Positions 32,525 through 45,060 are shown, numbered from the stretch's first letter. The stretch: DNA of 64,000 bases from Eledone cirrhosa (GCA_964016885.1 OZ024759.1:3162001-3226000); one strand, 5' to 3'. Notes: generated by a model from the sequence alone, not told the origin. A program made the numbers and translations.

Positions 32525-33476
32525 CTAGACATGAAAAATGCGCAAGCTCAAAAGTGCCACAGAATGTTATAATAAACCTTCAAAAGTGTGGGACTAGAGT
32601 TGTTGCTAAAAAATATTGTAATCATTATATATCGTACATTCTGTGGCATCCTTTATAAAAATAGCTTAAACCAACGAAGCCTTTATTTTTACGCTATTTC
32701 ACTTAGTTAATTCTTAGAGTGTAACATATAAAAATATGATTTACAACTATAAAATAAATTAATTAATATAATAACAGAGCTGCGGAGCTGAAATTTAGGA
32801 AATAATGGAGTATCGGATCCTGAGTTGGAGCCAGTCAATTTTTGGCCGACTCCGCAGCCCTGTATAATACATTTCATATTAAAGTTATTAATAAACCTAT
32901 TTTACACTTCATGCAAATTACCACGAGATATTGATATTAGATATAAGATACAGCGCAATATCTACAGCTGTAAAAGTACGAAAGCGAAGTAATAATAAGT
33001 GGCTTAAGGTAATTCCAATATGAAAGTTTGTAGTGATAAAAATTTGATAATGCAATACGATTGTTAATATTATAGTTCTATGAAAATGTAACAATAGATA
33101 ACTAAATTATTTTACTATTAGTATATTTAAGAAATTATCATTATAGATTTGATCGTTCATATAAGCATCATATTAAGTTTCAACACAATTATTTTGTTAC
33201 TATGAGTATATGATAATAATATTACGTAATTATTTATAGCTGTTATTACATTAAACATAGATGTATTTATTTTTATATGTTACACTCTAAGAATTAACTA
33301 AGTGAAATAGCGTAAAAATAAAGGCTTCGTTGGTTTAAGCTATTTTTATAAAGGATGCCACAGAATGTACGATATATAATGATTACAATATTTTTTAGCA
33401 ACAACTCTAGTCCCACACTTTTGGTTTATTATAACATTCTGTGGCACTTTTGAGCTTGCGCATTTTTCATGTCTAG
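32525..33476. mobile_element. Non-autonomous element with about 210-bp near-perfect terminal inverted repeats
   Basis: 32525-32735 is the reverse complement of 33269-33476 with one 3-bp indel; AT-rich non-coding interior. Confidence 0.75.
32775..32862. mobile_element. 88-bp hAT-type MITE nested in the previous element
   Basis: TIRs CAGAGCTGCGGAG / CTCCGCAGCCCTG; 8-bp TSD TATAATAA / TATAATAC. Confidence 0.65.
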
Positions 33477-34033
33477 CTTAATATTTTTTTAAGGCAACGC
33501 TTGTAATAACTCTAGTTAAACAGGATATATATTAATAATAAATTATCGTTGTAATGTAATTAGATTATGTAATTGTTATTATAAATTATCTTATAAATAT
33601 TAGTGTAAGATGTATAAAAATATTTTCAGACTTTTAATATAAACAACTACAAAAAACAATCAATATTAAATCAATATATTATACATAATAGAAAACATAA
33701 AATATACAATACAAAAACAAAATATTTACATACAATTGCAATTATCAGTGTATATACATTTTCTTTATATTCCCTGAGCAAATTAATAAGATTTGTTTTT
33801 ATTGTACATAATTTGATGACTTGTTGGAGTGTATTAAAAGATAGCAACAATTTGTGATTAAATTGTTATCTTAAGCAACTCACTTTTTAATAGTTGTTGG
33901 CTGAGCGAAATTGTAAAAGCCTATGAGCAAATATAAAAAAAAATACACAAACAACATTTCCTTGTGTTATTACAACATTAGATAAAATAATTGAGCAATG
34001 TCGTTATATTTTGCTCTTATTGCACATTAATAG

Positions 34034-34201
34034 TGTTTCTATTTTTCGGCACAAATCCATTACGGCAGTCCATTACTGGTACTTTATTTTATCGAATTAG
34101 TAAGTATGAAAGTCGAAGTTAACCTCGGCAGGATTTGAACTTAGAATGCAAAGGACCATAACAATACTGCAAAGCATGGTGTCTGACGCTCTACCAATAC
34201 T
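34034..34201 (-). mobile_element. tRNA-derived SINE, diverged copy of the 14766 family
   Basis: Shares ACTGGTACTTTATTTTATCGA...CCTCGGCAGGATTTGAACT with 14766-14946. Confidence 0.75.
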
Positions 34202-34594
34202 TGTGTTGAGCTGGTCATTAATTTATGGTGGTCGTGCCTGGAGTAGAGCAATCGCTAGTTGAAATATTATGAACAAAACATTTTTATTTGCCGAAGAACA
34301 TATTTTCAATACTGTTTGTGAATGTGACGAAGGAAATACATTCTGATATGGAACAGTGTACAAAGTGTGTCTGTGAATAACATAATGTTACCTCATGTTG
34401 TTGTCAAGACATAATGGATTTCGTATATCCAGTTAGAAGATGAAACCTAGCCATCTCGGATTAGTTATATTTCATGCCATGTGTAAACGTGTTTGAGGAT
34501 AGCAAAATATGCGCGTTAATTATAATAATTAGTTAATAATATTACAAAATATACCTAATTAAACTCTTTGCTTGAAATTTTATCATTCTTCGTT

Positions 34595-34628
<34 letters not shown>

Positions 34629-36037
34629 TTTATCTAGTCCTTCGCTCAAGATTAATCTATAAGTTTAGATGTTTGCCTTCGTTTAAGTAAATATTACAGT
34701 AAGATTTTTAATATAAACAACTACAAAAAACAATTAATATTAAAACGAAAAAATTATCAATGATAAAAGAAGCGGATGCAACTTTTTTTTTTATAAAGTT
34801 ATATTCCTGTTTCTTTAAAGAACATTTCATTTTTGTTCTATTGTAGGCGAAATAATGCAATGGTTTAATAGGGAAGATATAACTTACCAATTATGTCTCT
34901 AACCGTGTAACGCTTTTTAAGCAGATAACTACAATTGAAAATACTAAAGAAATGGAACCAACAATTCAATTTGAAAGTCGTCTACTTATAGTGACAGTGT
35001 ATTACTGGTACTTTATTTTATCGACCCCGTAACGATGAAATGCAAAAATGCAAATGCTTAAAATTTAAATTGCCTTAATTCTATCGTCTGCTGTTTCATT
35101 AAAGGGAGATTATCGTCTGTATTTAATTCTATCGTCTACTGTTCCACTAAACAGATATACCTCCACTATCGTCTCTATTTATACATTTTAACTTATAACT
35201 TATACACATTTGATTTGAAATATTTTATCTAGTCCCCCCTCTCAATATTATGATGATTTCTTTCGAATGAAACAGTTCTAGTCCTGTAGAAGCCATTTAT
35301 ATATATAATTGAACTGAGTTAAAAATTCACAATATTTATAATTAAATAAGCTCATATATATATGTGTGTATTTATCTGTTTATTGTATTATATATAATGT
35401 GTGTATATACAGGATGTCCCCCAAAAATATATACACACTTCAACAGCATTCTAATAACTATTGCCTGTACAGGTAATCAAAGTGTCAATCGAATGTTAGT
35501 TTCGTGTTTTAACAGTACAAATTTACAATACACACATAAAACCAGTGTATATACATACATGAGTGTGTATACACATACATGAATGTGTATATACAATATA
35601 TATGTATATATATATAGACACATATATTCACGGTGCAACGGTACATTAAAATATAGATGCGGGAGAGGGGGGGTGTATATATAGGGGCGCTGGGGATAAA
35701 GGAGTGTAAAGCGTGTGTATTGATATATTGAAGGAGAGGAGCGTGCAGCGATAGAGTAACAAATATATAGAGAGGGGGAGAGATGGTATTGAAGGGGAGG
35801 AGTGCAAAGCGAAAGAGTAAGAGATATATATAGAGACGGAACAGATAGAGAGAAACAGGCGTAAGTAACAGTGGAAGAGATATAGAGAGAGGTACTCTGA
35901 TTGGTTGAAAATTAGCCAATGACATACGATCACCACCACCACGGCTATCCCCGAAAAATTTTTAAAGAAGCTAGGCATATATGTTAGAACACGAAAAGTG
36001 AACATTCTGTTGTTTCACACTTTTCGTGTTCTAACAG

Positions 36038-36063
<26 letters not shown>

Positions 36064-36068
<5 letters not shown>

Positions 36069-36497
36069 TTTTGAGTATATGTTGGTTGTTTACCGACACA
36101 TAAGTATGCAGATTGGAGCACTCGACGAAGTGCGCAGGTTGGTTTGGTTACTCCGGAGTAATGTAAAATAAAATAAAACAAATAAGTCAAATATTTAAAA
36201 TTTGGCTTCGTTTATTACTGCTATATATATTTCGGTAACAGCCATCTTTGGCTGTGACCTCTTCAGGCAGTCCGAATTAGTGTGATAGAGACGAGTACCC
36301 ATGTTGTTGAGGTGTTTAACTTTGTCAAGGTATTGACAAAGTTAAACACCTCAACAACATGGGTACTCGTCTCTATCACACTAATTCGGACTGCCTGAAG
36401 AGGTCACAGCCAAAGATGGCTGTTACCGAAATATATATAGCAGTAATAAACGAAGCCAAATTTTAAATATTTGACTTATTTATTTTATTTTATTTTA
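36064..36497 (-). mobile_element. Mini fold-back PLE-end element with two intact hammerheads (36217-36271 on -, 36390-36444 on +)
   Basis: About 163-bp arms around a GGTA loop (36329-36332), about 100-bp unique tail at 36064-36165, (TA)n both sides. HHR ACTGC-CTGAAGA-GGTCACAGCCA-AAGA-TGGCTGTTACC-GAAA-TATATA-TA-GCAGT. Confidence 0.88.
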
Positions 36498-36501
36498 TAT
36501 A

Positions 36502-36563
<62 letters not shown>

Positions 36564-36566
<3 letters not shown>

Positions 36567-38721
36567 CAAGGGCGGGTAAAATTCCCGAGATCCATGGACG
36601 AGTTCTCTCCAGTGGTCTCTGTCCCTCATTATCGCTTCCATGTCCTGCGTCTCCAACAGAACAGTGTCTGTCCTTAGGGCATCAACATACGTTAACCTTG
36701 GTCTTCCTCTTCCAGTGTGCCCATGAAGGGGCTCCCACAGGAGCACTGAGTGCAATGTCAACTCTGCATGTCAGTGAGCATGTCCAGCTAACCTCAGTCT
36801 CCTCTGTGTCACTTTTGAGCTGACTTTTCAGCTGACCCTGGTGCCGAGGAAAAAGAACAAAAGGAAGCACGTCAGCTCTGCAAACCCAAAAGTGTGTGCA
36901 GTCAGAGAACACCTGAAATCTGCCAAGGACCAATTCTATGCTGATCCTACGGAGGAGAGGATGGAGACTGTGGAAGTTATGAGGGAAGAACTCTGTACCG
37001 CTTACACTGAGGCCGGAGAGGAGGCACTGATAGAGAAGATCAGAAGTGTGGAGAGAGCGGTTGACAGATCTGGATGTAAGTAGAGCTAGATGATCATCAA
37101 CGAGATTACAGGGAGGGAGAGGTGTTCGAATCAGATCCAGGGAACAGGGCCCGAGGATAGGAAGAGGAAATGGCTAAACCATTTTAGGACCCTACTAGGA
37201 GAGCCACCTTCCACAGCCCAGAGCACTGGAGAGATTAGGCGGCTATTTGAAGAACTGGATATTGAGACAGAGCCCTTCAGCAGAGAGGAGCTTCAGAGAG
37301 CCAAAAAGAAAATCAAGGAGGGCAAAGCTCATGGAGAAGATGGAGTGGCATCAGCGGTGATGAAGAGGTGTGATTTTGATGATATCATCCTGGGGTTCTG
37401 TAACCAGGCACTGGAGAAAGGAGTTGTCCCGAATCAGTGGAGGATCAGTAACATCGTCCCAGTGCCAAAGAAGGGAAATCTTTCTAACACCAACAACTAC
37501 AGGGGGATCTCACTGACGTCACTTGTGGCAAAGACCCTCAACAGGATGATTCTTAACAGGATCCAGCCTGATATGGAGAAGAAGCTCAGGGACAACCAGA
37601 ACGCTTTCAGAGAGGGAAGATCAACCACCAGTCACATCATGATGCTGAGGAGGATATTAGAGGGAGCTAGAGCAAAGTGCCTTCCTGCGGTCATGGTTTT
37701 CATTGACTTTAGGAAGGCCTTTGATTCTGTGGACCGTCACTGCCTGATGAAGATCTTACAGGCTTATGGAATCCCCAAGAAGATAGCGGACCTGATATCA
37801 CTGCTCTACACCAACACCAAAGCCCAAGTCATTACACCTGATGGGATGACAGAGTTCTTTGAGATACTGGCTGGAGTGCTCCAGGGAGATACATTGGCTC
37901 CCTATCTTTTTATCATCGTAGTGGACTATTGTATGCGCCTTGCACTGGAGAAACACCAGGACTTTGGCTTTACTGTAGCACGGGCTCAGAGAAGGAGAGT
38001 TAAGGCGAAAAGGGTAGCGGATGCTGAATTTGCCGACGACATAGTTTTGGTGACAATGGGCTGAGAATGAATGAGACTAAAACAAAATATCTGGTAGAGA
38101 ATGTTGAGAAGCCAGAGGGCATCACTAATGTAGGCGGGAAGCCGCTAGAATTGGTTGAGAACATCCTGTATTTGGGAGCAAAGATTTGGAATACGGAAGA
38201 TGATGTGGTTGAGAGGAAGAGCAAAGCCTGGGCAGCGTGCCAGTTTGAGATCGGTGTGGAAGTCGGACCTTCGTAAAGACCTGAAAATACGCCTCTTCAT
38301 TGCTGTAGTGGAGTCTGTGCTGCTGTACCGGTCTGAGACTTGGACACTGACCAAGAAACTCACTCAGATGGTGGATGGTTGCTACAGGAGAATGCTGAGA
38401 ATGGCTCTGAACATTAATCAGTATACACTGAGGATGAAAACCTCAGAGCTGTATGGGAGCCTCCCAAAAGTCAGCTCAAAAGTGACACAGAGGAGACTGA
38501 GGTTAGCTGGACATGCTCACCGACATCCAGAGTTGACATTGCACTCAGTGCTCCTGTGGGAGCCACTACATGGACACACTGGAAGAGAAAGACCAAGGTC
38601 AACGTATGCTGATGCCCTAAGGACAGACACTGGTCTGTTGGAGACGCAGGACATGGCAGCGATAATGAGGGCCAGAGATCGCTGGAGAGAACTCGCCCAT
38701 GGATCTCGGGAATTTTACCCG

Positions 38722-38724
<3 letters not shown>
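36564..38724 (+). mobile_element. RTE/RTE-X-like LINE, 5'-truncated RT, with an inverted copy of its 3' end (36564-36828) at the 5' junction
   Basis: ORF 37090-38064 contains NYRGISL, FIDFRKAFDSV, GVLQGDTLAPYLF and FADD; ORF 38155-38811 contains RRLRLAGH and GR.RPR. 36564-36828 mirrors 38466-38724. (TA)n on both sides. Confidence 0.9.
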
Positions 38725-38789
<65 letters not shown>

Positions 38790-38879
38790 ACAAGAAGGTA
38801 GTACAGCATAATCGAAGCTCTGGTTGCCGGCAAGCTAACGAATGCTGCCGCTAAGTGCAGCCAAAAGCACTCAATAAGG

Positions 38880-39200
38880 AATCTGACGTCCAAGTTGCTT
38901 GCAATTGACTGTCTTTTTTTTGTTGTCATTTATTATCAATAAATGTGACTTTGAAACCTGTCGAAAACGACTAGCTTTGTTGAGAAATGATGGCGGAAAG
39001 TGGGAGGAAGAACCATTCACAAAGCTATGCTGTGGAAATCATATTCGTTGAGAACTTGCAAAACGAATAGTTGATTGTGTGCATCTTAGAGGTCAGATAA
39101 TTTGAAAGCACATGCAGTAGAAAAGAAAACAAATTTTCCAGCTTATATATACACATATATATACATATATATATATACATATATATATACATATATATAT

Positions 39201-39233
<33 letters not shown>

Positions 39234-39234
39234 A

Positions 39235-39278
<44 letters not shown>

Positions 39279-39595
39279 GTATATATATATAAATATATAT
39301 ATACGTGTGTGTGTGTGTGTGTATATATATATATGTATATATATATATTTTTGTTTTTAGACGATCGACTTTCGTCAAATCGGACCGAGGGAACAATGTT
39401 TCCGTTGGTCTTTCCAATTGCTAATACTATCTATCGGTCGCAACTCCAGGTAGAAGGAGCAACGTGAAATAAAGTGTCTTGCTCAAGGACATAACGCATC
39501 GCCTGGTCCAGGAATCGAACTCACAACCTTACAATTGCGAATCCAATTCTCTAACCACTCAGCCACACGCCTATATATATATATGTATATATATG

Positions 39596-39627
<32 letters not shown>

Positions 39628-39914
39628 TGTATATATATGTGTATATATAAGCTGGAAAATTTGTTTTCTTTTCTACTGCATGTGCTTTCAAATTATCTGA
39701 CCTCTAAGATGCACACAATCAACTATTCGTTTTGCAAGTTCTCAACGAATATGATTTCCACAGCATAGCTTTGTGAATGGTTCTTCCTCCCACTTTCCGC
39801 CATCATTTCTCAACAAAGCTAGTCGTTTTCGACAGGTTTCAAAGTCACATTCATTGATAATAAATGACAACAAAAAAAAAGACAGTCAATTGCAAGCAAC
39901 TTGGACGTCAGATT
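38880..39914. repeat. 265-bp near-identical inverted repeat (38880-39144 / 39649-39914) around microsatellites and a SINE
   Basis: AATCTGACGTCCAAG...TTTTCCAGCTT is mirrored as AAGCTGGAAAA...CTTGGACGTCAGATT. Confidence 0.85.
39350..39571 (-). mobile_element. tRNA-derived SINE with CORE-like segment
   Basis: Minus strand GGCGTGTGGCTGAGTGGTTAG (A box)...GAGTTCGATTCC (B box)...GTCCTTGAGCAAGACACTT. Confidence 0.8.
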
Positions 39915-40035
39915 GGATGGTAAACACACACACACAGAAAAGAAAAAAAAGCGAGGAAGAACATTTTTCACAGAGATCAATACCATGGTGTGATGTAGTA
40001 TGGTATAGTTTTTTATGGTGTGGTTAGGGGTAGTA

Positions 40036-40415
40036 TGGTGTGCTTTGGGGTCTGCTTTGTTATAATGTGTTTCCCTATAAAGTAAGGACTTACATTCCCA
40101 ATTTGTTTTAAGTCAGAAAAAGATTTTCTGTCATTTTTCCATGTGCTATAAAACTGATCCAACTTCCGCAGTCGACTATGCTTTTAGCATATTAACAACA
40201 AATATGAGCTAGTTGTTTTTGATTGCAGTGGAAATGATATTTGTTGTTAATAAGCGAAATGCATAGTCGACTGCGATCATCTCGGAAGTTGGATCAGTTT
40301 TATAGCACATGGAAAAACGAAGGAACATTTTTTTATGACTTAAATCAAAGTGAAAATGAAAGTCCTTACTTTATAGGGAAACATATTATAACAAAGTAGA
40401 CCCCAAACCACACTA
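40036..40415. mobile_element. Fold-back MITE, about 170-bp imperfect arms
   Basis: TTTGGGGTCTGCTTTGTTATAATG...AACAACAAATAT is mirrored as ATATTTGTTGTT...TATAACAAAGTAGACCCCAAA. Confidence 0.75.
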
Positions 40416-40439
40416 GAGAGCGTACGTCACGGATGGAAG

Positions 40440-41040
40440 GTAGGCTATGAGCCTTCCTACCGTGTGGATAAAACGAGGCTCATACCAGATCTGATTTTGA
40501 GGAGGTCGGGGACTACGGTAATACTTGATGTCACGGTGAGACACGAGCAAGGCAGCGCCTTGAGTTACGCTGCAGCGGAAAAGGTGCGCAAGTACCGTCT
40601 GTTGACTGCTCTACTAGCGAATGAAATAGATGGGAGGGTCGAGGTTGATGGCTGTCCCATGTGGGGTTTGGTCAAACGCGGCTGATGAAGCGATGTCTGC
40701 TCTGGAGATCGTGAACGATGCCTTTAAGAGACATCTGTGCCGTCGTGCGATGATCGCGACATTAGGCATGCTGGAGTGACGGATAAGATCCCTAAACCCG
40801 TTGGTTTCTGATGGACTGGTTTTATATCTGTGCGGCTAGAATGGGCTTCCGGATGGACCCATGGAGATTGGGTCGAAGGTCGATCCGGCTTATGCTGGCG
40901 TGTCGGCACACACGCAGCCTGAGGGTCCCTGAGATACGACTACGACCCCCCCCCCCCACCGTGGCATCCGTCATCTGGTTCTCCGATTATCCTATGAATC
41001 TCATATCAGGTGCGGTGGGGGTGATCATTTGATTTTTTTT
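40440..41040 (+). mobile_element. 3' fragment of an R2-superfamily non-LTR element (restriction-like endonuclease domain plus probable 3' UTR)
   Basis: YEPSY...IPDLILRRSGTTVILDVTVRHEQGSALSYAAAEKVRKY matches the PD..D...EK..KY RLE motif; followed by a GC-rich non-coding tail. Confidence 0.7.
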
Positions 41041-41547
41041 TCTTCTATCAAGACAGCGCTTGCGAGAGTCCGTAACTTGTTTAGTATTTTTCGACTAACT
41101 TATACGACATTAGGCATGCTGGACTAACTTATACTCATTATGGATAGCGGCCGGATGAGAGAATCCGGTTGGAGAATTAAGACGCTCCCACCGTTACCGC
41201 TAGTCAGCGTGTCCGCCTTGGGCAAGTGGTAGTGAAGTGAAATCTGTCCACGCCTTGAACCCTGGGTGACACATTTAGAAGAAGTTATTTAGTAGATGTT
41301 TGTGTTGAGAATGTGTGTATTTGTGTATTGTATCACAGAAGTCACCATTGAAGATGTTAAAAGCAATATTGTGGAAAATAGCATCTTATGACTTTATAAT
41401 TGTTTATAATATATAATTTATTTACAGATTACAAAGGTGTAGCTGGCATGCCAAGAGAAATGATTAATCAAGAGTTTAAGGAGGTACGGTCAACTGGCTG
41501 AGGCGTTAGCCAGACCCGTAGTGATATTTGTTGCTACATATTGTATA

Positions 41548-42250
41548 TGTTTGAGGAACGAAAGCAAGAGATGTTTATCTTCACGGTGTCAAGCTGCAAG
41601 AGAGAGATTTTCGAATTTGCCGCGGGAATTTTCCCTTCTGGGCGGAAGTCGAGATACCTTTTCCTACGCTGGTAGTGATTGGCTGAACTGAGCTAAACAA
41701 CGTACGGAGAATGTGCCCATGAGCCCTCGAAAAGTCAAATTCCGAGTCACCTCCTTTTCGGCGTAAAGAAGTTCGTGCATGGGCGATCCCTTGAGGCGGG
41801 AAACAGAAAACGACGTATAAAAAGCCTGTATCATCCCACTTCTAACACACAGAGAGATCAAAACATCCACCTCTAGCTACAGGCCACTGGGGTCACCAGA
41901 CTTTACTCTCTCTCTCTCCTGGTCTCAGACTACACCAGCATGATGAAGCAATATCAAAAACACCTTCAACCGTTATCATTCTTAATAACTTGTTCTTTGT
42001 TCATTTATGAAGTGAAGTTTTATATCAAAAGTAAACCAGCTATTCGTGTTATTTCATCTAACGATAAATACTAATACCCTTCGTTTCAGTAGTACGCCCT
42101 GACCCCACCTGGGGGAGACGCATCTGTTTATTATATTGTTCTTTAATTAACAGGTTTTTCTCTTTCCTACTAACTTTGCAAGTTTTCCTTCGAAAGAATA
42201 GAAACTACACGAGGGAGTAAGTCCAAGCAGAGCTTGGACAATATTTTCAA
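41548..42250 (+). promoter_or_regulatory. Promoter-like or solo-LTR-like island
   Basis: CpG-richer stretch with E2F-like TTTGCCGCGGGAA (about 41616), GC box GGGCGG (41640), ATTGG (about 41678) and TATAAAAAG (41816). Begins with TG, but no convincing CA end or TSD. Confidence 0.35.
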
Positions 42251-42295
42251 GATATGACTTTTAAAACACCGGACAGGCAGTGGGTACATCGTTAT

Positions 42296-42447
42296 GCGCA
42301 TGAACGGATAGCGAAGCCACAGCCAGGGGAACGGGCTTGGACGGATCGGCGGGGTAAGAAGACCCTGTTGAGCTTGACTCTAGCTCGGGTTTGTGAGGAG
42401 TTCGGCTCTTCTGTGTTCGGACTAGGTGTACGTGTGATATGGGGAGG
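42296..42447 (+). rRNA. 28S rRNA pseudogene fragment (region just 3' of the R2 insertion site)
   Basis: GCGCATGAACGGAT / AGCGAAGCCACAGCCAGGGGAACGGGCTTGG..GCGGGGTAAGAAGACCCTGTTGAGCTTGACTCTAG matches the conserved eukaryotic LSU segment, with an internal deletion. Confidence 0.85.
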
Positions 42448-42984
42448 ATGAGAGAGATGGAGGCGATGACAGTGGGAGTTCGGACACATTTATCAACTTT
42501 ATGTACCTCTCACCCTTATGAGCTCCACTATTTTCCTAACGGGCGCTAACCAGAAGTGTAGACATTTGTAAACTTTAAAGAAGTGAATATTAAATATAAA
42601 GATATTTATATTTAATCAACAGCTCCAAAATTTACTAAATAAATTACATAATATTCATTCAGGATTTATTCAAAATAGAATTCTTTGTTTGTTTTTCTCG
42701 CTCATTTGTTTACATAATATTTAGGTGAGAGTGCAGTACTACACTTCCGTCTTCTGTTCTGTGGCCTCGGCAACCACGCCACCCCTATATCAACATCATC
42801 GTCACCACCACCACCATCCTCATCACAGCATTAGTCTCCTCCCCTCTCCCCCTCTCTCGCTCTCTTCTATCATTGATATAAGCTGCTCTCGTTTCTTCAT
42901 CATCTCCATATTTCCAGTGATGCTGCTGTTGTCGGAGAGCTAACAACATATATGGCAGGAGCTCAGCCGTAGGTGTCCTGACTC

Positions 42985-43026
<42 letters not shown>

Positions 43027-43059
43027 CCCCTCTCTCTCTATATATATATATAGTTCTCA

Positions 43060-43111
<52 letters not shown>

Positions 43112-43199
43112 ACCTGGATGTGCTGTTTGCTGAGGCTTTGTACGGAATTATTCCTTTCAAAATTGCCCAGATGAAGGTAAGGAGTGAATTATTCCATAA

Positions 43200-43775
43200 T
43201 AGACCCCTATTTTACCTCGTATACCCCCCCTATATCTATCTCTGTTCCTCATATATCTCCTATGTCTACCTCTTTCCTGTTTATTTACCTCTGTTTCTCG
43301 TATACCCCTATATTTACCTTCGTTTCCCCCTATATGTACCTCGATTTCCCCTATATTTACCTCCGTTTCTCATATACCCCTATATCTACCTCTGTTTCCC
43401 CCTATATTTACCTCTGTTACCACACCACGTCCTCTATAAATTCTTCCATTTAAGTCAGATTTTTACCGAAAATCCTTCATCCTTCTTTTCTCTCTGAAAT
43501 AACACAAACAAGCTGTTTATGTTTCTCGTATCTGCCCTATATCTACCACTGTTTCCCCCCTATATTTATCTCTGTTTCTCGTATACCCCCTATATCTACC
43601 CTGGTGTCTCATATCCCCCTATATTTACTTCAGTTTCCCTCTATATCTTCTTCTGGTTCCTCTGTATCTACCTCTGTTTCTCGTATACCCCTTATATCTA
43701 CCTCTGTTTCCCCCCTATATATACTTCTGTTTCCCCCTATATCCATCCCTATATCTCATATACCTCTATACTGTC
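43200..43775. repeat. Degenerate pyrimidine-rich minisatellite (about 20-30 bp, CTATATCTACCTCTGTTTC core)
   Basis: Recurrent CCCCTATAT(C/T)TACCTCTGTTTC units. Confidence 0.8.
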
Positions 43776-43857
43776 AATCCAGTAAACATACACTCCAATG
43801 TTTGTGTTTGTAATTACACACACCAAGGCGTCTAATGTGTATTTGTACGAAAACCTT

Positions 43858-45020
43858 CATCGTCATCATCGTCGATTGATGTTTATCTTCCACGCTAGCA
43901 TGGATTAGGCGGGTTTGTCCCATTTAGAGGCAAGTTGGGTCGAGTGACCATGTCTCTCTCATATAGGACAGTTTCTGGCTGGTTTTCTATGGCTGGATGC
44001 CCTTCCTAACGCCAACCACTTTTACAGTATGTGCTGGGTAGTTTTTGTTGTGTCGCCTACACAACCACTTTACGGTGTGGACTAGGTGCTTTTTGTTGTG
44101 ACACCTACATGACCACTTTACAGTGTGGACTGGGTGTTTTTTACAGTGTTGACTGGGTGTTTTTTACAATGTGGACTGGGTGCTTTTTGTAGTGACACCT
44201 ACATGACCACTTTACAATGAGGGCTGGGTGTTTTGGGGCCTGTTTTCTACAGTTGGATGCCCTTCCTAACACCAACCACATTGACAGTGTTGCTGGGTAC
44301 TTTTTGTAATGACACCTACACAATCAGAGTGGGCTGGGAAGCTTTGTTGTGTCACCGATATAACACAGTGGGAACTAGGGAGGGTGGAGGGGCTTGGGGG
44401 AAAAAAGATGTAGTCAGGGTAGTAGGGGAGGTATGGTTACCGCTAAGTGGGGTGGATGAGAGGGGATAGCAGGTTGACGAAGGTGTTGCCTACTAGGTAT
44501 AAACCTCATCCCGAGAACAATAGAGGGCAGGTCTTTCGTAAAACTGCATAGCGCCAGAGGTCGCGGTCCTGAATCATTGCCTTTCAGAGGTGTAATTGTG
44601 TAAGGTCCGCTTTTATTACCTCATCCCAAGTCTTCCTAGGCCTGCCCACACCAATGGCAAAGCATAAACGAATTGAGAGACTGAGCATAAGAGGAATCAA
44701 ATGCTGTGTGCAGGAGAGGAGGTTGTGTTGGTCTGGACATGTGATGCATATAAATGATGACTGTTGCATAAAAAGGTGTGGAGCACTAGAAGTCGATGGA
44801 AGCCGCGGAGTAGGGCGACCCAAGAAGACCTGGGATGAGGTGATAAAAGCTGACGTTGTCCAATTGCACCTCTCAAAAGTGATGACACAGGACCGTGACC
44901 TCTGGCATTACACAGTTATACAGAAGACCTGACTTCCCCCGGGTACAAGCCGAAGCTGAAGCATATAGACAATATGCCCCCTCCCCCTCAAAGTGTTCAT
45001 GGAGGTGTCATGACAAAAAC
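43858..45020. mobile_element. RTE 3'-end fragments in both orientations, with internal ACCACTTTACAGTGTGGACTGGGTG repeats
   Basis: Minus copy 43858-44655 has a (GAT)n tail and GRPRKTWDEVIKADL; plus copy 44654-45020 has RRLCWSGHV...GRPKKTW. Confidence 0.8.
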
Positions 45021-45060
45021 TCTTTTCCTATATATATATATATATATTCAATATAAAAAT

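Noticed and set aside
39490-39571. tRNA gene
   Set aside because: A and B boxes run into a SINE body with no proper acceptor stem; this is a SINE head.
42296-42447. Functional rRNA gene
   Set aside because: Only about 150 bp, with an internal deletion and no flanking rDNA.
43120-43813. Tyr/Pro/Leu-rich ORFs
   Set aside because: Translation of a degenerate minisatellite.
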